A DNA stretch of 64,000 nucleotides from Salpingoeca rosetta (taxonomy: Eukaryota; Protista; Choanoflagellata): assembly GCA_033442325.1 (NCBI GenBank), contig JAWQFM010000018.1, forward strand, positions 410,353-474,352. Direction: 5' to 3'. The position numbers and the translations under genes are program-made. The notes beneath the pieces were generated by a model. That model did no database searches, was not told the DNA's origin, and was given only the letters and a program-made list of their open reading frames with translations. Of this stretch, positions 51,254-63,995 are shown piece by piece; position 1 is the first letter of the stretch; each line of letters opens with the position of its first letter.

Positions 51254-52456
51254 TGTGCGTGTGCGTGTGTGTGTGTGTGTGCATGTGTGGAAATCACTTT
51301 TCACACACTTCACCACTACGTTTGCTCCTCCTGCTCCTGCTCCTGCTCCTGCTCCTCCTCATCATCATCATCATCATCACCACCATCATCACTTCCCTGC
51401 CCCCTTTCTCTCTCCCTCCCCCCCCCACTTCCTAAATCGCCATCACTCCCACCAGTCCCACCGCGCCATGCCGTGCCCGTCCTTTGCTGCGCTGGAAATT
51501 GTCTTTGCCGCCATCGTCGACCGCTTCGTCGGCGCCGGATTCGCCCACCTCAGACTCATACAGCCCGCAGGTCGGTATGTGTGTGTGTGTGTGTGTGTGT
51601 CTATGTCTGTGTGTGTGAAATTGTTTGAGAAGCATACCCTTCCTTTAATCAAGTGCACGCTCTCACATGCGTGTGTATGTGCGTGTGCGTGTGTGTGTGT
51701 GTGTGTGCAGCCACTGTTGGGTCTGTGCATCTGCAGCAGCAGCTCAGCAACACCATCGAAGACGACGCAACCAACGGCGCAACGAGTCGTGACATTCCTC
51801 TTGCTGTTCGGCATCTCATCGTGCACGCACACGACGACGCAAAGAAGAAGGTGCACGCGTGTGCATGAGTGTGTTCATGTGTTCATGTGTTCATGTGTGT
51901 GTGTGTGTGTGTACTTGTTTGTGAGTCGCTCTGTGTGTATTCACTCATTGTTGTGCGTTCCCTCACTCGCTCATCCATGCGTGCATGCATGCATGCATCC
52001 ATCCATCCACTGACGTCACTGCAATCAACCAACAATGTGGGGGTCGCGCGTGTCGTCAGATTGGCGATACCGTGTCGCTGCCGCTCGGAGCTGTGAGCGC
52101 TCCGCAGTTGGACGACGCCGTCGCTTCGCTCATCAAGATTGCACGCGAGCTCGCACGCCCCACCCCGCGCCGGCAGGTACGCTGCTAGGCGGTGGTGGTG
52201 TTGACGTTGAGTGTGGGTGCTTGCATTGCATTTGTGGTGTTGGTGTGGCTTCTGCTCCCGCATGCGCGGAGCTGTTAATGAATAGATCACAGCAGCACTC
52301 ACTCATACACGTACGCACGTGCGACCACCACCACATGTGCTGTTCAGACGCTGCGGGCGCTGACGAACGAGTACTACAAGCGGATTCCGCACAACACAAG
52401 CGAGCGCTTCGATGTCATTGATTCCATGCACAAGATCGCCCGCGAAGAGGTGAAGC

Positions 52457-52490
<34 letters not shown>

Positions 52491-52577
52491 TGTGTGTGTG
52501 TGTGCGTGTGTGTGTATGTGTATGTTTCCAATGTGGAGGTATTCTTTGCCTCAAACCGCAACCTCACCCTCGTTCAC

Positions 52578-52613
<36 letters not shown>

Positions 52614-52697
52614 TACAGGACCTGTGCTCGCTCCTGCGCAGCGTCACGCTCACGTCCGAGCTGCCGTTCTCCATCTCAGACGGCGACCACGGTGTGA

Positions 52698-52787
<90 letters not shown>

Positions 52788-55700
52788 ATTTGTTTGGCCT
52801 CGTTTTGCAAATTGCTTTGCTTTCTTGCCGGTCTCCTTTTCACCCCTCTCATCCTCAACATACAACATACAACACAACACAACACATTTACACATGAACA
52901 ACCACACCGCAGGGTTTGCGCGGCTGTACCGTGCGCTGAATTGCGCAATCACGCCGCTGGACGGAACATCCGTCGCACACAACACCATCCAGAAGGCGCT
53001 CGCACCCGTGTTGAGCGGCCGCAAGCTGTCCTTTGCCACGCAGCAAGCAGGTGCCGTGACGCAAGATGACTCCTCCTTCAAGCGAACGCCCGCGCAGGAA
53101 TGGCGCGTGGAACGCATTTATCGCGTCACACGCGTGGACGCCGACATTCAACAGAGCGGTGAGTCGACATGTGTGTGTGTGTGTGCGTGTGTGCGTGCGC
53201 GTGCATGTGTGCGTGTGTGTGCGTGTGTGCGCGCGCGCGTGTGTGTGTGGCTATGTCCTCTCGTTCCTCACTCCTCCCATCACCTGTTCCCCTCACTGTC
53301 TCATCCACTGTTACATACACGTACCCATGCGACCAGGGCTTGACAATGTGCGTCTGCTGTATCACGGCACGCCGGCAGCAAATGCCTTCAGCGTCCTCGG
53401 TGCGTCGCCTTCTTTGTGTTGCTGTTACAATGTGCACAAGCATCATATGCCACAAGCATTAAATTTTACGCACCACACATCTGCCTCTCCTTCTCAGCAT
53501 GATAACCACAGCAACTCACCTTCAATCGTTGCACCTCACCACCACCACCACCTCACGCCCCACCGCCAGCGCGGGGCCTGCTGCTGCCTGATGTCGCCGT
53601 GAGCGATTGCGGCGGTCTTCGTCGCGATCCAGGCAAACTCGGCAGGTACCAGCAGAAAAAATTGATTTGTTCAAGGGCTTCCTTCGAGGGGGGTTTGCTT
53701 CTTGTGCGAGTACATGTTTGCACGCTGATGCCTCGACCTCGCAATGCTGCTGCCAGTCATTAACTACTCACATGAACCCACATGAACCCACCCACACACA
53801 CACACACACACCCACACACATACAAACCTCCTTGCAGCGGCGTGTATTTCGCTGAGGACCCGCGCGTTTCGCTCTCGTACGCGACCGTCACGTCCTCTGG
53901 CCGCGTGCTGCTCTTCGTTGCAGGTTGGGAAGACGTGATGTGGTTTCGTGTGGCTTGGTATGGCGCGTTCATAATGTGCCATTGGATGGATTCTGAATGC
54001 CGTGGGATGGACAGCAGCAAACCTGATGCTTGGCGGGATAGTGGGGTGGGGTGGCTAGCACATTTGAGTTTCGTCACATTGAGTGTTGTTACATTGAGTG
54101 TTGTCACATTGAGTTTCGTCACATTGAGTGTTGTACACACGACTTTGCCGCACTGCTTGTTGTTGCACTCCTCTCTGTTGTCAAATCTTCAATGTTTTGT
54201 TTGTTGGAATTGCTGCAGAGGTTGCGCTTGGTCGCGTGTACTCGACGACGGAGCCGATGTGGAACATCAAACGCCCACCACGAGGTATGCACGTGCACAC
54301 GCCAGACAACGTGTGTGGGTGTCTGATGAACATAAGGCACAGATGCACACCAGACATCCACACGCACGCGCCGGCTGTGCAACTGCTTCGTCTCACTTCT
54401 TTGCCGCATCAATACCTCTCTCCAGGATACAACAGCGTCGTTGGTCAACCGCCTGTGTCGGCATCATCATCCGACAACACGGACAGCAGCGACAGCGAGA
54501 GCGAGACCCACCATGGCAGCAACGACGGCACACACAACAGCACTAACACCCACAACAGCACTAACACCCACAACAGCACGAACACCAACAGCAGCAGCGG
54601 CAGTCGGAAGATTCATGCGAAGAGCAAAGTTGCGTTTCCCGATCGCGAGTTTGCAGTGTACGACCTCCGCCAGCAGCGTGTCAAGTACATTGTGCAACTG
54701 TGCCCGGTCGTGATGCAAGATGGGCAAGGGCTTCGGGCGCTGGAGCAGCGACTGAAAGGCGTTGACGATGAGGAGGCGGCCAGGAAGGCGAAGGAGGAAG
54801 AGGAAGCGAAGCAGCGCGCAGCCAAGCACACCGCATACCAAAACGCTTTTGTGCAGCAGCCAGCGTGAGTCCATCAACAGTGTGCATGTGTGTGTGTGTG
54901 TGTGCGCGCGCATGAGACCTTGTGTGTTGTGTTGTGTTGTGTGTGTGTGTGTGTGTGTTTGTGCGTGTGCGTGTGGACGAATTTGTGAGCGTCCGCATTT
55001 TTCTTATTCTGTATTCATCTCCCCCCCCCCCTTCGTGTGTCGACCCCCCGTCCCCTCCCTCCCTCCCTCCCTCCCTCCCTCCCTCTTCCCACACCCGAGC
55101 AGGACGGATGTTGAGTGGGTGTTGCCGCTGAGCCGCGAGACAATGCTGGCCATCGTGCCCGATGACGCCACGTGTCGCCGCATTCAGCACCTCCGCCGCC
55201 AACACGACCCCATCCACGCAGACACCATCCCGCCCCACATCCCGCTGCTGTCGCCGTTTGTGGCGCCACAGCAGCTCGATCAGGCAGCAGTCGTGCTCAC
55301 GAGCGCACTCGCGGATGCACCGCCCATCACCGTCTCCCTGTCATCGGCCCGTACCAGTACAAGTACCAGTACCACTGGTGCCGCTGGTGGACGAAAGGGC
55401 CACAAAGCCCTTGCTTTGACGCCAGACAACCCGCAGCCGCTCACGGCGCTCTTCACGCATATCCGCACTGCCCTCGGTCCGGAGTTTGCGCAGGCGGCGC
55501 CACCGCAACCGCACATCACAGTCGTGTCCTCTGCGGCTTCGAATGCCTGCAAGCAATTGGTGTCACGCATCAACAGCGCGTGGAAGCCCGCGCGGTTTGT
55601 GGCGCGCCAGCTCGTGCTGATGCAACGCGACCAGAACAGCCCGCACATGCACGTTGTTGCACACGTGCCCCTCGGCAATGCCACTGGTGGTGGTGATGGT

Positions 55701-56604
55701 GATGACGATGACACGAGGCGTGGACTCGGCAGGTTCTGGTTCCCAATCTCACAACAACTGAGTAGCAGTGATGGCGATGGTGAGGGTGGTGATGGCGATG
55801 AAGACGTGTTTGCTCGCATGCGGATGCTGAGTGACACGGACACGGAATCAGACGATGAGAGCGACAACGATGACGATGACGACGATGAACAACGGGGCGT
55901 GGAAGGCAGCAACCTGCGTGATCTGCCCAATCCTCTCGGTGAGTGCATCAAGATTGACGTGCGGGTGGGGTGACGTGGAGAAAGGTGTTGAGATACGTTT
56001 GCCGGTTTTGTGTGGAACGTGTGTGTGCATTTCTCGCGTACGCATGCAAACATCCCATCTGATGCCTTCTTATCTCATCATCCCCCACCATTATCACCCA
56101 CCATCACGACCACCATCATCACCCATCACCGCCACCGCCACCACACTTCAGATGCTGTGACGCCCGGTCTGCAGTCGTCGTCGGGGGCACCGCTGCCACT
56201 GCGCTCCGTGCACGTGCGAGGACGCGTTGTGGATCTCGTTGCCACGTGCACGGCCTACCAGACATATGTCAACGACAGTAGCGAGGCGATGGAGGCCAAG
56301 TACGTGTTCCCGCTGGACGAGACGGCGGCCGTGTGCGGCTTTGAGGCGTTTATCAACGACAAGCACGTGATTGGCAAGGTGAAAGAGAAAGAACAGGCAC
56401 GACGGGAGTACAAGAAGGCGATTGAGGAAGGACACGGTGCCTACTTGATGGAGGAAGAAGAGGAGGCGCCCAACGTCTTCACCGTCAGGTGCGGTGGTGG
56501 TCTTGCTGTTGTTGTTTAAGTTGTTGTTGTTGTTGTCTCAGTTGTTGTTGCTGTTGTTGTTTAAGTTGTTGTTGTCTCAGTTGTTGTTGTTGTTGTTGTC
56601 TCAG

Positions 56605-56648
<44 letters not shown>

Positions 56649-56905
56649 GGCGATGATGCATCTGTGTCGTTGTCCTTCACTGTCATTCATCCCTCTTGCC
56701 TCACGCTCACACACGCACGTGCTTGCACCCGCTTGTCACTCTTCACACAGCGTGGGCAACCTGCTGCCAAAAGCGCGTGTTGTGATCAAGATCACGTTCA
56801 TCATGGAACTCGCCGTGGAGGACAGGCATCTTGGTGCGTCAGTGGTTTGTCTTGGTGTTGTGGACACTCGAGATGGGATGAGGCGGAGTGCTTTGCCTTC
56901 CTCAC

Positions 56906-56944
<39 letters not shown>

Positions 56945-58906
56945 TTGTTTCTGCCCCGCCTTGCTCCAAGTCTCTACCCCTTCCCCACCCTCCCCCACCG
57001 AAATCACCATTAACCCATCCATCAACCCACCTGTAACTATGCAGTGTTCCGACTGCCGGGCGCCGTGTCGTCCAACACACGCGACGCGGCTGCTGATCAC
57101 GCAACGCAGACAGCGGTGGCGACGACAGCGGCTGCTGTGGATGGTGTTGGGCTTGAAGGTGGCGTGTCAATCGTGCTGTCGCTTGAGATGCCATCGCTCA
57201 TCGTCGGCATTCGCAGCCCCTCGCACCCGCAGGACCTCAAGGTGAAGACAACAGACACGCTGGCCACGGTGGAGGTGTCTGACATCTCGACGTTTGGTGA
57301 CGACGGGTTCTTGCTTGATATTGATCTCGACAACATCAACGCCCCGCGCATGTGGGTTGAGGAAGCGCCCGCAACACACACGCGTGCGTGCATGCTCGCA
57401 TTCTACCCTGAAGTTGATGCACCCGCGCTCGACGTGGCGTACCACTTTATCTTGGACCTGTCTGCCTCAATGGCAAAATGCCTTGAGGACGCAGTCAACC
57501 TCGTCATCCTCGGTGCGTTTGTGTTGTGTTGTGTTGTGTTGTGTTGTGTTGTGTTGTGTTGTGTTGTGTTGTGTTGTGTTGTGTTGTGTTGTGTTGTGTT
57601 GTGTTGTGTTGTTTTGTGTTGTTTTGTGTTGTGTTGTGTTGTGTTGTTTTGTGTTGTTTTGTGTTGTGTAAACGTGTGTGTAAACGTGTGTGTAAACGTG
57701 TGTGTAAACGTGTGTGTAAACGTGTGTGTAAACGTTTGTGTGTGCGGGTGTCTTTCCCCAATGCAACACCAGAGTTCGTGATTCCCTACACCCATGCCAA
57801 TATGCCAACCCCCTACATCCCCACCTCCTTCCCCCTGTCAGGCGTTGAGGAGCTCCCCACGTCCGCCGCCTTCAACGTCACCGTCTTTGGCGATCAGGCC
57901 GAGACGCTGTTCCCGCGACACGTTCGCAAGACACCGCGCCGTGCACGCACGGCCATCCGCTTCCTGCGCCGCTGTAAGGCAAACCTTGGCACGACGAACA
58001 TCGAGGCGGTGCTGGCTGCCGCTGGGTGGCGGAAGCGCGCTGGTGCAGACGTTGCCTGCATGCTCGTCTCCGATGGCGAATTCCTGGACCAGCAACGCGT
58101 CCTAACCGTCGCAGCAAAAGACATGGTGTGTGTTTAGGTGGAAGAGAAGTGGGGGGGGGGTGCTGAAGGGGTGATGGTGATTGCGGTTGCTTTGCTTGCA
58201 GTATTCGGTGTGCAGTAACGTGCCACACGCACTTTCTCTCACTCTGCCTCACTCTCTGACTTGTCGTTGTTCCTACCTCTGCACCACCATGCTGCATTTT
58301 GCAGCCGCGCGTGTTCTGCTTTGGTGTTGGTCAGCACTGCCACCGCCACCACCTCTCCCAGCTCGCCAAACACACCCGCGCCACGGCTTGCTTCCCCGAA
58401 TCCAAGCGCAAGTCGACGTGGCAGGTACGTCTATGAAAATGTGTGGATGTATGTCTACCGTGTGTGTGTTTGTGTGTGTGTTTGTGTGTTTGGATTACGT
58501 GTTGTTTCACCACGCCTCTCGCTCTTCATGTCTCGCATTCTGTCTCTCACATGATCCTGGGTGGTGCATCCGTCACAGAATTTGATGCGAAAGCACATTG
58601 CATTTGCGAAGGAACCTGCGCTGGAGGATGTCAAGGTGAGACATGCTGTGCTGTTGCAGCCATTTCACCGGCATTGTGTCTGTTTGTCTGCTCATCTTGT
58701 CTGCTCTCCACTTTCACTTGCACTCACGTAAACAAACACAAACACACACACACACAAACACACACAAACACACAAACACAAACACGCACACATAATCTCA
58801 CCATTCTACAAGGTGGAGTGGCACACAAACGACGACAATGCCTCAGCTGTCGTGTGCGCACCAGCGAACATTGGCACCGTCTTCAGCGGTCAGCGACAGG
58901 TATGCA

Positions 58907-58993
<87 letters not shown>

Positions 58994-59663
58994 TGTGCAT
59001 GCATGCATCTGTTGGCATATGCGTGTCGTGTGTTCTGTGTGCTCATCCCCTTCACCAACCTGTCAATGGCACCTGTTCCCGCATCCACACAACTCATCGT
59101 TGCACACATCCACGCACCCACCTCGACCTCGATGCAGATTGTGTATGGGTTTGCGCCCAACTGCCACAGCGCAACCCTGCACGCGTCGCTGGGGGACCGC
59201 GAGTTCTCCACCGTCGTTTCAACAACACCGCTGCAGACCCTCAAGGGAACAACTCTGCACAAGCTCACAGGTACTCGCAACTGCGTGCGTGAATGTAGGT
59301 GCTTGAATGTGCATGGGACAGCGCGTATGTGTACAGCTGTGCCATCGCTCCAAGTGTTTGTCCACACACTCACGCTGCCGCGTTTCGTTGTGCCAGCACG
59401 GGCGGTGATTCGGGACTGGTCGCGGGGCCTGCTGTCGGACAATGCGGCGAAGGATAAGGCCGCGGTGGAGAGCAGGAAGGCCGACATCATCAACATGAGC
59501 ATCGAACACTCCATCGTCACGGAGCACACCAGCTTTGTTGCCATTGAGGAACGAACGGTGCGTCCAGTCTGCAGCGGTTTTTTTTTTGTTTTTGTTTTTT
59601 GCATGGCTTCTTTTGCGACATGTTGCACGCGAACACACTGGCATACGACACCAACAATCAATC

Positions 59664-59748
<85 letters not shown>

Positions 59749-60440
59749 ACGTAACACATCTGCTTCTCACTCACTTCTCACCTTTCATCATCATCATCAC
59801 CACCACCATCAACCGTAATCACCATCATCACCACTACGATCATCACCAGGGCGACGAGAGCGGGGGCGACACGGGCCCGAGCATCGAGGAGCTCCTGGCG
59901 CAGGAGAATGTGGATCAGCTGCCGTATGTGGCGTTTAGTCTTCCACCGCGGCTGCAGCGCAAGTTGGAGGAGGAGCAGAGCATTGCAGGGCACCTCTCCC
60001 ACGCCAACGCCACCGTCAACATCAACGTCATGCTGGCAAGCGACTTGTATATGCAGGTTCTCTCGGAGGTCCGCAGGCTGCCGTTGACCCACCACACGCG
60101 CCTCGACGCAGTCAAGTGCGTGGCCGATGTGTGTGCGTGTCTATGTGCGTGTGTGTGTGTGTGTGTGAAAAGGGAGTGCTGCGTGTTTGTTTGTATGCGT
60201 TTGTATGTGTGTGCATTCTTGTGAACAAAACACACTTGTGCGTACCTTCCTTCCCCTTCACTGACAGTCACGTTGTGAATTGGTTTTCTCAGGTCCATTG
60301 CCACTTTTGCCACATCCCCGGACTGCCCGAAGCGCCTCTGGTTAGTACAGGTGTACATGCAGCTCAGCAACCACAAGTCACCAGCTCGGTTGTCTTGTCG
60401 TATGGGAGTGTGCAATCTCATTTACACACACACACACATA

Positions 60441-60480
<40 letters not shown>

Positions 60481-63400
60481 CGAGCACATGCTCACGCACG
60501 CACCCATGAACACAAACTCGCCATAACGTGCGCACCATCCACTGCTCAACACCTCCCTCCTCCTTCTCTTTCTCAGGCGTGCGGTGCAGCGGGACGTGCG
60601 AAGGGGCGAGAGTGTGCTGCTGCGCGGGATGGAGACGCTGCAAGAGCGCGCGGCAGCAGCGGCATCGGCGCACTTTGCCAAGGACGAACACGACTTCAAC
60701 GACCAAGAGAGCGATGAGCTTGCAGCCCTCCTCAACAACCTGCTTGAAGTGACTGGTGAGCTGCCGCACGAGGAACCAACCAGCAGCAGTGGCACCAGCA
60801 GCAGTGGCAGCGATGCAGACGACACTGATGACTTCTCCAGCGCTTCCAGCGAGTGAGTTTGGACATGCAACTGTGCTTGTGATTGTGTGTGTGTGTGCTT
60901 GCTTGCATGTGCGTTCGTGGTGCCATTCTCTAACGACGCTCACACATGCCCCCCCCCCGACCACACAAACCAGGGAGGACTGGGACAACGACTCCGACCT
61001 CTCATATGAAGAGGAAAATGCAGAGAACTGCGCAGCGGCTGCTGCATACGAAAAGGAGGAGGAAGAAGAAGAAGAAGAGGAGGAGGAGGAGGAGGAATCC
61101 CTTGCCTCGTTCTTCAGTGAGTCTTGAAACAACACGATGCTCTGTGTGTCTGTGTGTTGGTATTGTCCGTTTTAGTGCTGTTCACTCACACGCATGCATG
61201 TGTGTGTATCCGTTTTGTGTGTGCAGACACCCTGACGCAGCGAAGCAACGACGAGCCGGCACCTGTTGTCCTCGATACAGGTGAGACAACGTATTTTGCT
61301 GTGTGTGCTCGCGCCTGCCCTTTCCTTTCTTGGTTACACCGCTCCTGTTCTCCGCTCACGCACACACACACACACACTCACATACGTGCAATCACACGCA
61401 CACACACATTCACACACATTCATACACATTCACACACATTCACACACAAACACACATTCACACACATTCACACACACACATTCACACACACACACATTCA
61501 CACACATTCACACACATTCACACACATTCACAAACATTCACGCACAACACACCACCAGGCATGGCGACGGTCAAGGCCGGGTTTGCAGGTGACGAGGCGC
61601 CACGGGCCGTGTTTCCAACGCAGGTCGGACGCCCGCGCCACCAAGGCGTGATGGTTGGGATGGGCCAGAAGGACTCGTATGTTGGGGACGAGGCGGCGGC
61701 AAAGAGGGGAATCCTCACCATGTCGAGCCCGTTCCAGCGGCCGCCGCGCCCACCAGCACTGATGCAGGAGCACCAGGCACCCGCCACTACCGCAGCGGCA
61801 CCGTCAGCGTCAACGGCTGTGCGTGCTAAGAGCGCCAAGAACGACAAGAAGCAGAAGGAGAAGAAGAAGAAGAAGGCGATGAAGCAAGCGTCCCCAGCCC
61901 TCGCGTTTGACAAGATCACACTAGAGGCCAACAAAGAGCAGGACCGTGAGCTCCGTATGTCCGATGCGCGCCTCACACAAGCGCCAAAGGCACCGGTCAT
62001 GGACATGGACATGTTCGAAGAGACAGACTCGTTCGTGCCTGCAAGCAAGAAAAAGGGCAGCAGCAAGGTCCGTGCCTTGTTCAAGGCCCGCGCGCAGCCA
62101 CCGGCTCCAGCTGCGGTGCCAAAGCCCAAACCCGTGTCCAAACCAACGCCGCCCCCACCGCCACCTCCACCAGCTGAACCTGAGCCACAGCCTGAGTTCA
62201 AGCCGAAGATGAGGCTGATGAAGAAAAAGCAGCAAGAGAAGGAGGCCATGCCTGGAGCGAAAGCAGCGAGCATTGCCAGCACGTCTGCCGCCAGCTTCCG
62301 CCGTCCCACTCGCTCTGCTGCTGCGCCGACCCCACCACCACCGCCACCAGCAGCAGCACCAGCAGCGCCATCGCTGCTGCTCAAGGCGGCGCCCACGCAG
62401 TCCTCACGACAGCAACAGCCTCAGGCCATGTTTGGAGCAGGAGCACCAGCAGTACAACAGGGGCGATCCAGAAACGGTTTCCGGCTCTTTAGGTCAATCC
62501 GAAACAACCGACAAAACCAACAGCAACAACAGCAGCAGCAGCAGCAGCAGCAACCACGACAACAACAGCAACAACAGCAACCACGACAACAACAGCAACC
62601 ACGACAACAACAGCGTTTTTCGGCCTTTGGATCCGGTGTGCAGGCAACAACGACGAGTGCATTGAAGCAGCAGCAGCCACCACCGCCACCGCCACCTCCG
62701 TCACAAGCAAGGGCCCCCACGTCCATGTGCGCGGCGCGAGGTGGCTTTGCGGCGAGGGCTGCAAGCAGACGCGTGCACCGCACGACCATGTACGAATCAT
62801 CGCTGCTCACGGGGTACGCGCCAACGCCTCCCCCTCCTCCTGCGCCACCAGCACCACCAGGCGGCCTCGCAGCAGCACCACCGCCGCCACCGCCGCCCTC
62901 GGCTGGCTTCTCGCGACCCTCGCTACAGTCAGCAAAGACGACGCTGAAAGCAACGCAGCCACGGGGCGCGTCAACAGCAGCCAATGAGACCAGCGTGTAT
63001 GCAGCACTGGCCGCATCCATGAGCTCACGGCGCTCGGCCATCGCTGGTGGTGGAGGCGGTGATGATGATGACGATGACGACTTTGACGACTGGATGGAAG
63101 ACGCAGAGGATGGCGATGGTGGCGGCGGCGGCGGCGGTGTCCGGTTTGGATATGTCAGCTCGATTGGACAAGTCGATAGCGCGTGGAGGACGTCCAGCCG
63201 AGCGACCCACACCATCCGCCCAACAACACACGCCGCGCTGGCGGCCGAAGGGGAGCGGAGGAGGAGAGAGGAGCGAGGCAGGATGCTGGACGAAGAGAAG
63301 GCGGCGATGGAGGCGGCCAGGCAGAAGAAACTGGAAGCGATTCGCAAAGCAAAAGAGGCGATGGCCATTGAAGAGGAGACCGTGCGAACGATGACGGAAT

Positions 63401-63903
63401 ACGTGAAGCCAACTGCGCCGACGACGACGACAGCAGATGGCACATCTGCACAGGCACCAACCGTCAACCAGTTCCTCGAAGACTTTTCCCTCAGTGAGTA
63501 GCGTGTGGTATGTGTGTGTGTGTGAGCATGTGTATCTGTGTGTTTGTGTGTCTGTGTGTGTGTGTGTGTCTGTGTGTCTTGCCTGTGTGTGTGTTTATGT
63601 GTCTGTGTGTCTTGCCTGTCTCTGTGTACAATGAAGGTCATTTGACTGTACTTACATTAATACCATGTCCGCTACACATCCCGCATAACCTCACCCCTCC
63701 CTCACGTTTTCGCCGCCCCTATTCCTCGCCCGCTGCAGTCATGCGCTGGTTTGGGTGTACGCACGAGGCGTACTCGGCGCTGATTGCCCTTCTCCAACGG
63801 ATGGTTGACCGCCCGCTCGTCGTTGGCGCTCCCACCGCCACCTGGCTCTCGCCCGATCCTCCACACGACCTCAGGCAGCGCCTCCAGCAGACGCGCGCAT
63901 GTC

Positions 63904-63995
<92 letters not shown>

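Noticed and set aside
54062-54133. 15-bp tandem repeat (also the 33-bp repeat at 41045-41130 and the 12-bp repeat at 57668-57735) as a CRISPR-like array
   Set aside because: These are head-to-tail minisatellites without unique spacers, in eukaryotic introns or intergenic DNA, with no cas genes.
61559-63501. Stand-alone actin or actin-related gene
   Set aside because: Actin similarity covers only about 65 residues. The exon is spliced in phase to upstream PARP4-like exons and continues into unrelated sequence.
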